Assembly (NCBI GenBank): GCA_963833225.1
Contig: CAWHXD010000008.1
Location: forward strand, 608,001 to 672,000
Source: an uncultured Chloroflexia bacterium
GTDB lineage: Bacteria > Chloroflexota > Limnocylindria > Limnocylindrales > CSP1-4
DNA length: 64,000 nucleotides
Direction: 5' to 3'
Shown: piece after piece, positions 10,155-18,623 of the stretch
Position numbering within the stretch: the stretch's first letter is position 1
Layout: the number at the start of each line of letters is the position of its first letter
Program-made: the position numbers and the translations under genes
The notes under the pieces: model-generated
The model's database searches: none
What the model was told of the DNA's origin: nothing
Seen by the model: only the letters and a program-made list of their open reading frames with translations

Positions 10155-11807
10155 ATGCGTCTCCCCGACCACACCGCGGGCCGTGTCGCCCGGCTGGCCG
10201 CTCCCCTCCTCCTTTCCGTGGCGCTGACCCTGCCCGCTGTCGCCCCGGTGGCGGCCGCGGAGCCCGACTTCCCTGCCGACATGAGCGGCTACCACAACTG
10301 GACCGAGCTTGGGGACGAGATCGCCCAGGTCGCGGCGGACCATCCCGACATCGTGTCCGTGTTCTCGATCGGCGACAGCGCCCACGGCCGGCCGATCTGG
10401 ATGGCCAAGGTGAGCGACAACGTGACCGAGGACGAGAATGAACCCGAGGTCCTGGTCGACGCGCTCCACCACGCACGCGAGCACCTCACGACCGAGCAGG
10501 CCCTCGCGCTGTTCCACTGGCTGTCCGACGGCTACGGGACGGATGACGAGATCACGCACCTCGTGGACAGCCGCGAGATCTTCATCGTGTTCGCGCTCAA
10601 CCCGGACGGCCTGCGCTATGACCTGACCGGCGACCCGTTCCGGGCCTGGCGCAAGAACCGCCAGCGCGACGCGTCGGGCAATCCCATGTTCACGGACCTC
10701 AACCGCAACTACGAGTACCGCTGGGCGTGCTGCGACGGCTCCTCGGGCAAGCGGAACTCGATCACCTACCGCGGCCCCGCCCCGTTCTCGGCACCCGAGA
10801 CGCAGGCGCTGCGCGACTTCGTCGAGAGCCGCGTCATCGACGGGGTGCAGCAGATCCGGACGCACGTGACGCTCCACACCAACGGCGAGCTGATCCTGTG
10901 GCCCTACGGCTACACGAAGAAGAACGTGCCCAAGGACATGACCGCCCTGGACCACGGCGTGTTCGTCGCGCTGGGCCGGGCGATGGCGGCGACCAACGGG
11001 TACACCGCCGAGCAGTCATCGGACCTGTACATCACCGACGGCGACCAGATCGACTGGCTCTACGGTCGCCAGCGGATCTTCAGCTACACCTTCGAGCTGT
11101 TCCCGACCGAGAAGAAGACGGTCTGGAAGGACCACTATCCCGACGATTCGAAGATCGCGGCCCAGACGGAGCGCAACCGCGCGGCGCTGCTGCTGCTGAT
11201 CGACCGGGCAGGCTGCCCGTACGCCGCGCTGGGATCGGCCTCGGCGAAGGCCAACTGCGGGCCGCTGTTCGACGACCTGGAGATCAACCGAGGCTGGGTG
11301 CGTGACCCGTTCGGCACCGACACCGCCACCTCCGGCACGTGGGCCGTGGCCAACCCGCAGCCGACCAGGACGTCCGCCGGCAAGATGCAACGGGGCGCGA
11401 CGGTCTCAGGCAGGCGCGCCCTGGTCACCGGCGCCGCCGCGGGCGCGAAGGCGAGCTCAAACGACCTCGACGGCGGCAGCACGACGATCCGGAGCCACGC
11501 CATCTCACTCCCGGTGGATCCAGCGGACGTCGGGAGCCTCACCTTCTCGTGGACCTTCGCGCATAGCGCGAGCTCGTCCGCCGACGACGCCCTGCGGGTG
11601 ATCGTCGAGGCAGAGGACGGGACGCCGACGACGGTGTTCGAGGTGCTCGGGAGCCCGGTGGCGGAGGTGGCCACCTGGCGCACCGCGACGGTGGATGTCT
11701 CCGCCTGGGCCGGCCGGGCGATCCACCTCGTGGTGGAGGCGGTCGACGGCGGCAACGGCAACCTCGTCGAGGCGGAGATCGACGACGTGCGCATCCGCCG
11801 ACCCTGA
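10155..11807 (+). CDS. Secreted M14 zinc carboxypeptidase (carboxypeptidase T-like) with C-terminal beta domain
   Basis: Signal peptide, HHAREH, NPDG, WRKNR, DLNRN, LHT, LWPYG and YTFEL. Confidence 0.9.
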   Translation: MRLPDHTAGRVARLAAPLLLSVALTLPAVAPVAAAEPDFPADMSGYHNWTELGDEIAQVAADHPDIVSVFSIGDSAHGRPIWMAKVSDNVTEDENEPEVLVDALHHAREHLTTEQALALFHWLSDGYGTDDEITHLVDSREIFIVFALNPDGLRYDLTGDPFRAWRKNRQRDASGNPMFTDLNRNYEYRWACCDGSSGKRNSITYRGPAPFSAPETQALRDFVESRVIDGVQQIRTHVTLHTNGELILWPYGYTKKNVPKDMTALDHGVFVALGRAMAATNGYTAEQSSDLYITDGDQIDWLYGRQRIFSYTFELFPTEKKTVWKDHYPDDSKIAAQTERNRAALLLLIDRAGCPYAALGSASAKANCGPLFDDLEINRGWVRDPFGTDTATSGTWAVANPQPTRTSAGKMQRGATVSGRRALVTGAAAGAKASSNDLDGGSTTIRSHAISLPVDPADVGSLTFSWTFAHSASSSADDALRVIVEAEDGTPTTVFEVLGSPVAEVATWRTATVDVSAWAGRAIHLVVEAVDGGNGNLVEAEIDDVRIRRP

Positions 11808-11869
11808 TCATCGAGGGCCCCGGCGCCCTGCGGGGCACCGGGCGCTGCGGGGCACCTGAGCCGAAGGCG

Positions 11870-12637
11870 TTACGGCAGCGAGCGGACCATCCCCCCGTCC
11901 ACCGGCACGATCGCGCCGGTCACAAACGACGCCGCGGGCGACAGCAGGAACGCCCCGACCCGCCCGATCTCGGCGACATCGCCGTACCGGCCAAGGGGAA
12001 TGCCCGCCCGGGCGCGAGCCTCGACCTCCGCAACCGTGACCCCATCCGCCTCGGCTCGGCGAGCGTCCAGCGAGGCGATCCGGTCGGTCGCGATCCGCCC
12101 CGGCGCAAGGCCGTTGATCCGGACCGGTGCGATCTCGGCCGCCAGCGTCTTGACCAGGCCCGCGAGCCCCGGTCGGAGGACGTTGGAGAGGGTGAGGGCC
12201 GGGATCGGCTCCCGGACCGACGAGCTCAGCACGATCAGGATCGCCGGGTCCATCCCTTCGCGTAGGTGCGGGAGGGCGGCACGCACGAGGCGCAGGATGG
12301 ACTGCAGCGTGCCCGCGATGGCCGTCTCCCAGTCGCCCTCGGAGAGCGTGTCGAAGGTGCCGCCGGGCGGACCGCCGGTGTTGGCCACGAGCAGGTCCAG
12401 CCCGCCCAGCGCCGCCACCGCCTGGGCCACCGCGTCCGCCGGGCCATCGGGCGTGGCGAGGTCGGCGACGACAGGCGTGCCGCCCAGCCGCGCCGCCGCG
12501 GCCTCGATCCGGTCCCGGGTCCGGCCGATCGGCGCGACCCGCGCGCCATCGCCGGCGAGCGCGGCCGCGATGCCGCCACCGATCCCCGAGCCGCCACCGC
12601 CGACGAGCGCCCGCCGCCCCTGCAGTCCCAGGTCCAA
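11870..12637 (-). CDS. SDR-family oxidoreductase
   Basis: MDLGLQGRRALVGGGGSGIG, NTGGPP and C-terminal VDGG. Confidence 0.9.
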   Translation of the reverse strand: MDLGLQGRRALVGGGGSGIGGGIAAALAGDGARVAPIGRTRDRIEAAAARLGGTPVVADLATPDGPADAVAQAVAALGGLDLLVANTGGPPGGTFDTLSEGDWETAIAGTLQSILRLVRAALPHLREGMDPAILIVLSSSVREPIPALTLSNVLRPGLAGLVKTLAAEIAPVRINGLAPGRIATDRIASLDARRAEADGVTVAEVEARARAGIPLGRYGDVAEIGRVGAFLLSPAASFVTGAIVPVDGGMVRSLP

Positions 12638-12704
12638 CCGTTCCTCCGATCACGTCCGGCAAGGGTAGCCTCCGGTATCCGGCGCGTTGGGCTACGCTCG
12701 CGTG

Positions 12705-13931
12705 ATGGACGGTTCCGTCGAAGCACCGCTCGGGATCGAGCTGTTCGTCCTGCTGGTGCTGGTGGCCACGATCGTAGCCATCCTTGCGCGTCGCGCCGCG
12801 CTCCCCTACTCCGTGGGCCTGGTGCTGGCGGGGCTGGGTCTCGCGTTCCTGTTCCCGGGGCAGCCGGTCGACATCACGCCGGGGCTGATCCTCGCCGTGC
12901 TGCTGCCCGGCCTGGTGTTCGAGGCCGCCTACAAGATCGACGTGCTGGAGCTCCGGCGCACGTTCACGATCGTGGCGGTCCTCGCCGCGCCCGGCGTGCT
13001 CATCACCGCGGGGGTCGTGGCGGTGGTCGTCAGCGCCACGACCGGGCTGGACATCGGGCTCGCGTTCCTGCTGGGCGCGATGATCTCGGCGACGGATCCG
13101 GTCGCGGTGGTGTCGATGTTCAGGCGGCTGGGCGTCCCGACCCGCCTGGCGACCTCGGTGGAGGCGGAGAGCCTCCTCAACGACGGCACGGGCGTGGTGC
13201 TGTTCGCCATCGCCCTCACGGCGCTCACGCGGCCGGTGACCCTGGGTGACGCGGCGCTGTCGTTCGTGGCCACCATCGTGTTCAGCGCGGTCATCGGGCT
13301 CGTGGTGGGCATCGCGGTCCGCTCGTTCATGAGCCGGATCGACGACCCGCTGCTCGCGGTCATGCTGTCCCTGGTCGCCGCCTACGGGACCTATCTCATT
13401 GCCGATCGCTTCCACGAGTCCGGGATCATCGCCACGGTGGTGGTTGGGCTCCTGATCGACACCGGGCCGGCGGCCCACCTGTCGCGGGCCACGCGGGAAG
13501 CCCTCGACATCGTGTGGGAGTTCGTCGCGTTCATCCTGACTGCGCTCGTGTTCCTGCTGGTGGGCCTGGTGATCAGCCCCGACCTGCTGCTGGCGGCCGT
13601 GCCGGTGATCATCGCCGGGTTCGTCGCGATCACCGTGGCCCGGGCGTTCGTGGTCTACGGGCTGATCGGCGCCGGCGAGCGGCTGCTGCCCGGTGCCTCG
13701 CTCCTGCCCCTGTCATACCTGCACGTGATGTTCTGGTCGGGCCTGCGGGGCGCCATCGCGGTCGCCCTCGTGCTGGCACTGCCGGCCGACCTTCCGCAGC
13801 GGGACCTGCTCACGGGCGCGGTGTACGGGATCGTGCTCATCACGCTCCTGTTCCAGGGCACGACCGCCAGCCGCGTGGTGCGGCACGCAGGCGTGCCGGT
13901 CGGCCAGTCGACCACGAGCGGGGCCGGCTGA
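12705..13931 (+). CDS. CPA1-family Na+/H+ antiporter
   Basis: Many TM helices; ISATDPVAV, ESLLNDG, GLRGA and QGTT. Confidence 0.92.
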   Translation: MDGSVEAPLGIELFVLLVLVATIVAILARRAALPYSVGLVLAGLGLAFLFPGQPVDITPGLILAVLLPGLVFEAAYKIDVLELRRTFTIVAVLAAPGVLITAGVVAVVVSATTGLDIGLAFLLGAMISATDPVAVVSMFRRLGVPTRLATSVEAESLLNDGTGVVLFAIALTALTRPVTLGDAALSFVATIVFSAVIGLVVGIAVRSFMSRIDDPLLAVMLSLVAAYGTYLIADRFHESGIIATVVVGLLIDTGPAAHLSRATREALDIVWEFVAFILTALVFLLVGLVISPDLLLAAVPVIIAGFVAITVARAFVVYGLIGAGERLLPGASLLPLSYLHVMFWSGLRGAIAVALVLALPADLPQRDLLTGAVYGIVLITLLFQGTTASRVVRHAGVPVGQSTTSGAG

Positions 13932-13986
13932 GCGCGGACACTGGCGCCGTCACCCGCTGAGCGCGGTCGTGGACGCCGGCTCGCCT

Positions 13987-15862
13987 TCAGCGCCCGGTCT
14001 TGAACACCCAGGCCCGTGCGCCAACCGGGTTACCGGTGCGGTCCTGGGCCTTCGTCGTCACCTCGACCCGGTACCGCGTGTGCGGGTACATCCGGAGCAC
14101 CGGGTCCAGGACCAGCGTGTTCGTGCGCTTGATCCAACGGGTCGTGGTGCGCACGATCAGGCCGGTGTCGAGGTTCCGCAGGCGGACCGTTCCCGCTGGT
14201 GCACGGAGGGGCTCGGAGAACCGGATCCGAATGCTGGCGTCCCGGTCGAACCCGGTTGCGCCCGGCCTCGGCCGGCGGTGGACGATGGTTGGGAGCGATC
14301 GGGTCGACGACCTTGATCGGCCTGGAGACCGCCTCGGCGAAGTTGCCATCCTCGTCGATCGCGACGACGAGGATCCGGTAGCAGTGCCCCTGGCGGAGAT
14401 GGGTGAGTGGCAGCTCCTCGGCGTAGGCCAGGTCGCGAAGGCGCACCCGGCCACGGTAGTCACAGGCGCCGGCATCGATCCGCCAGTCGCCCAGCAGCGC
14501 GTACGCCTCCGAGACCTCGTGGTTGGCCTGGACACGTGCCGGGTAGGTCGATCCGGTCTGGACCACGGCGGCCGTCGGGGCGAGGAACGTGAGCTCGAGC
14601 TCCGGGAGGGCCGCCACCGGCTCGAGATCGGGCAGTGGATCGGGGACCGGCTCCGCCAGGGCGGAGGCCGCGTCGACCCGGCCATCACCGAACAGCGGGT
14701 CCCAACCCGGATCGCCAAGATCAACCGCGGACGCCCGGAGGACAGCCTCCAGCTCCGCGACTCCGAGCGCCGGGCGCGCGGACCAGATCAGCGCCGCAAC
14801 GCCCGCGACATGCGGCGAGGAGCCGCTGGTGCCACTGCCGGGCTCGTAGCCGCCGTCGGGGATGGTTGACCATGTCTCCACACCCGGCGCGACGAGGTCC
14901 AGCGCGCGCCCGGTGGTCGAGAACTCGGCCAGGTTGTCCTCGCCGTCGACCGCGCCCACCGATACCACGCCACGGAAGGACGCCGGGTAGTTGCGCAGGG
15001 ACGTGCCCTCGTTGCCAGAGGCGGCGACCATGAGGACGCCGGCGTCGCGGGCAGCGGTGAACGTGGGCTGGCCGAGGGCGACCTGCTCGCTGGTCAGGTA
15101 GCCGCCAAAGCTCATGTTGATGATGTCGGCCCCGTGGTCGCTGGCCCAGTCCACGGCATCGAGCGCGTCGGCAAACGAGATGCCCCCGTAATCGTCGGCG
15201 ATCTTCACGGGCATCAGCGTGATGCCTGGGGCGATCCCGGCAATCCCCTCGCCGTTGTCGGTCTCGGCCGCGATCGTGCCCGCGACCCACGTCCCGTGGC
15301 CCACCTCGTCGGTCACGTCCGCGTTGTTCCAGACCACGTTCCGCTGATCCGTCACCGCCACATCGTCGAGATCGGGGTGGGACAGGTCCACGCCGCTGTC
15401 GATCACCGCGACCACGACCGACGGGTCACCCGTCGTGACGGTCCATGCGTCCGGCACCTCGATCTGGGCGAGGTCACCTTGGTCGACGTAGAGGGGATCG
15501 TCAGGTGGCGCGTCCGCCGGCCAGTCCGTGAACCCCAGCCGCGCGTCGGGGACGACCGCGAGCACGCGAGGGTCGGCGCGCAGCCTGGCGGCAACGGCAG
15601 CAGCCTGGTTGGAGCGAGCCTGGACGACCGAGCGCATGGGCCACGCCGTCCCCTCGACGGAGCGAATGCCATTCACCGTGACCGTGGCCGGCGCCACGCC
15701 CTTCCAGGTGACGATGAGGCGGTCGCGGTAGGCCGCGGCGTCAGCGTCGTGGCGGGCGGCGGCGGGGATCGCGGCGGCTGTTGGTGCCGCGGCCGCGGGC
15801 ACCGCGACGCCAACGGCGAGGACGAGGGCCACGAGACGGGCGATGCGTCTGCTGTTCAACAC
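13987..15862 (-). CDS. Secreted S8 subtilisin-like serine peptidase with C-terminal Ig-like domain; apparent frameshift at ~14290
   Basis: Signal peptide; VAVIDSG, GHGTWVAG, ASGN and SGTSGSSPHVAG; Big_5-like tail (IRIRFSEP...WVFKTG) is in ORF 13987-14724. Confidence 0.88.
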
Positions 15863-16103
15863 GAGATCTGTTCCCCCGGTACGGTGCCCGGCAGGAGGGT
15901 GTCGGGCATGCGGCTTCACCGGGACGCAGCGCGACTGTACCGCTCGCCGACCGACGCCGCGCAACCGAACCGCAACCACCTCGACGCCCGTCCGGGGATC
16001 GTGTCCGCGGCTCCACTCGTGCACGATCCCGTATCCACGGACCCGGTCCAAGTCCGCCAGCCACCGGCACCGTGCCGGCCCGCCCGCCAGGGAGGACCCA
16101 GCG

Positions 16104-16322
16104 ATGACCTACCCCGCCTTCGACACCAACAGCACGACAGGCTCGAGCGAGCCCACGCTCGGACCCGTCACCTGCGCCTCCTGCGGCTGCCGCCTGACCC
16201 GGGCGACCGACGGCCGCCCGGGCTGGGTCCACTTCTCACCGATGGCCGGCCGCGATGCCCGGGGATGCCGGGTGGTATGCGCCGACGCCGCGCATGACGC
16301 CGCGGGTCGAGCCGCCGCGTAG
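16104..16322 (+). CDS. Small Cys/His-rich putative zinc-binding protein (72 aa)
   Basis: GGAGG RBS at 16091; CASCGC...H...CRVVC...H. Confidence 0.65.
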   Translation: MTYPAFDTNSTTGSSEPTLGPVTCASCGCRLTRATDGRPGWVHFSPMAGRDARGCRVVCADAAHDAAGRAAA

Positions 16323-16363
16323 CGCCCTCCGCCGGCCCGCCGGTCGGCACCACCACAACGACG

Positions 16364-16393
16364 CGGCCCTGGGCACGCCCCCGGGGCCGTTTC
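16364..16393 (+). terminator. Possible intrinsic terminator
   Basis: CGGCCCTGGG...CCCGGGGCCG hairpin followed by TTTC, between convergent genes. Confidence 0.4.
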
Positions 16394-16449
16394 AATTCGT
16401 CGGGAGTGGGCGCCGCATCCCGCGCCGGCGCCGCTCGCCGACGGGGCCG

Positions 16450-17166
16450 TCAGGCGGCCTCGTCGGCCTCGATCCGGTAGCCAACCGAGCGCACCGCGAC
16501 GATGCGCGGCCCCCCGAGCGCCTCCAGCTTGGAGCGCAGGCGCGCCAAGTGCGGCTTGAGCCACAGCAGGTCCGGATCCGGCTCGGCCGGCCATCCGGCA
16601 CGGGCGAGGCGATGGTGCGGAACGAGGTCGCCGCCCGCACGGACAAGCGCCTCCAGAAGCCGGAACTCGGTTGGCGTCAGGCCCAGCGCCATGGCACCCA
16701 CGCGCGCCTCGTGGCGCGCCGGCTCGAGGGTCAGCGAGCCGGCCGTCAGCACGCCCGGCGTCCCATCGCCGGCGCGCCCCGTGCCGGCAAGGTCCACCCG
16801 GCGCATCACCGCGGAGATCCGGGCCAGCAGCTCCTGCTTGCCGAATGGCTTGACGAGATAGTCGTCCGCCCCGATGCCGAGGGCCTTGACCTTGGCCGCC
16901 TCCGCGCTCTCGCCGGACACGACGAGCACGGGCACGTTGCCCGACGAGCGCAGCTGGCCGATGACGGTGAACCCGTCGGGACCGGGCATGGCCAGGTCGA
17001 GCAGCACGAGGTCGGGCCGCTCCTCCCGGAACCGCTTGACGGCGGTCAGGCCGTCGTAGGCGGTGATGACCTGGTGGCCCTCGGTGCCCACCAGGGCGGT
17101 GATGGCGCCGACCATCGCGGGGTCGTCATCCACGACCAGGATGCGCAGCGGTCTCGTTCCAATCAC
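16450..17166 (-). CDS. OmpR/KdpE-type response regulator
   Basis: ILVVDDD, LLDLAMP, GADDYLVKPF and winged helix LTPTEF...VRSVGY. Confidence 0.93.
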   Translation of the reverse strand: MIGTRPLRILVVDDDPAMVGAITALVGTEGHQVITAYDGLTAVKRFREERPDLVLLDLAMPGPDGFTVIGQLRSSGNVPVLVVSGESAEAAKVKALGIGADDYLVKPFGKQELLARISAVMRRVDLAGTGRAGDGTPGVLTAGSLTLEPARHEARVGAMALGLTPTEFRLLEALVRAGGDLVPHHRLARAGWPAEPDPDLLWLKPHLARLRSKLEALGGPRIVAVRSVGYRIEADEAA

Positions 17167-17184
17167 GTCCGATTCCTCGCTTTC

Positions 17185-18486
17185 TCAGGCGGCGACCGAC
17201 GCCGGCAGCGCAAGCACGAAGCGGGCGCCCCCGGTCGGTGCGGGCTCGCACCACAGCCGGCCCCGCATGGATTCCGCCAGGCGGCGCGCGGCATAGAGCC
17301 CGATCCCGGACCCCCGTGCCGTGTGCGTCTCCCGCCGGGAGTAGGGCTCGAAGATTCGCTCTCGCCACTCGGGCGGGATGCCCGGTCCCTCGTCGGAGAC
17401 CGCCATCCGGACCACACCCTCGACGAGGGTCCATTCCAGCTCCACCCTGGTCTCGGGTGGGGCGTACTTCACGGCGTTCTCCAGCAGGTGCTCCAGCACC
17501 TGGCGCAGGCGGGCCGGGTCCGCCACGACGTGCAGCTTCCGCGACCGCGCGATCGACGGGTGATGGCGGTGCAGCAGGGGCGAGACGTCCTCCAGGAGCT
17601 CTGCCACGAACTCGTGGAGATCGATGGAGTGGAGCTCGGCGGGACGATCGGGCACCACCCGGACCGACTCCAGGATGGAGCTGACGAGTCGGTCGAGGCG
17701 CTCGATCTGATCGACGGTCCCCTGGCGCCACGCGGCCCGGGTCCGGCGCCGCGTCGGATCACGAGAGGAGCGGCCATCGAGAACCGGCTCCTCGGCGAGC
17801 AGGTCCGTGTACGCGCGGACGACCGCGAGCGGCGTGCGGAGCTCGTGGGTGACCAGCGCGATCAGCTCGTTGCGTGCCTGGTCGAGCGCCTGGAGCTGGG
17901 CGACCTGCGCCTCCGCCTCGCGCTGGAGCCGGCCCTTCTCGAGGATGCCCGCGAGCAGGTCCGCGATGGCCGACAGCTGGGCGATGTCCTCGTCCGTGTA
18001 CGTCCGGCGCTCCTCGGTCTGGATGTTGAGCACGCCGATCACCTGGTCATGCCAGGTGAGGGGCACGGACAGCATCGAGGCGATGTACCGGCGCTGGTCG
18101 AGACCCCGGACCCACAGGAACCGCGGGTCCTCGGCGATGTCCGGCACAGCGATCGGCTCGCGGCTGGCGGCAACCCGCCCGGTGATGCCCTCGCCGAGGG
18201 GCACGACCGCGTGGCCGATGTGATGGCGATCGAGGCCGTTGGTGGCCGTGAGCGTCAGGGACAACCCGTCACGGTCCATGAGGTACAGCGACGACACGCG
18301 CGCCCGCAGCGCCGTTCGCGTTCCGTCCACCACGGTCTCGAGCAGCTCGTCCCAGGTCTGGGCCGTGGTGGCAACCCGCAGGAGCTGGTGCAGGAACCGG
18401 AGCTGGGCAACCGGATCATGGGGCGGCGGAGCCTCGGGAAGCTGGGGCTCCCCGTGGTTCACCGGCTGATCGTCATGCGGCGCCAT
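17185..18486 (-). CDS. Soluble GAF-domain sensor histidine kinase
   Basis: GAF (GEGITGRVAA...DPRF...SVPL), H-box THELRTPL, ENAVKY, DEGPGI and GSGIGL; no TM segment. Confidence 0.92.
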   Translation of the reverse strand: MAPHDDQPVNHGEPQLPEAPPPHDPVAQLRFLHQLLRVATTAQTWDELLETVVDGTRTALRARVSSLYLMDRDGLSLTLTATNGLDRHHIGHAVVPLGEGITGRVAASREPIAVPDIAEDPRFLWVRGLDQRRYIASMLSVPLTWHDQVIGVLNIQTEERRTYTDEDIAQLSAIADLLAGILEKGRLQREAEAQVAQLQALDQARNELIALVTHELRTPLAVVRAYTDLLAEEPVLDGRSSRDPTRRRTRAAWRQGTVDQIERLDRLVSSILESVRVVPDRPAELHSIDLHEFVAELLEDVSPLLHRHHPSIARSRKLHVVADPARLRQVLEHLLENAVKYAPPETRVELEWTLVEGVVRMAVSDEGPGIPPEWRERIFEPYSRRETHTARGSGIGLYAARRLAESMRGRLWCEPAPTGGARFVLALPASVAA

Positions 18487-18623
18487 CTCGATCACGAGGG
18501 TAAGCCTAGGAGGCGCCGCTACCGAATACCGTTGCGGCACGGTAGCGGGACGGTGCCCTTGCAGTCGAACCGTAACCGTGGGCATCGTGACAGCCGCGCG
18601 CCGCGTCGGCATCCTTGTCCGCG

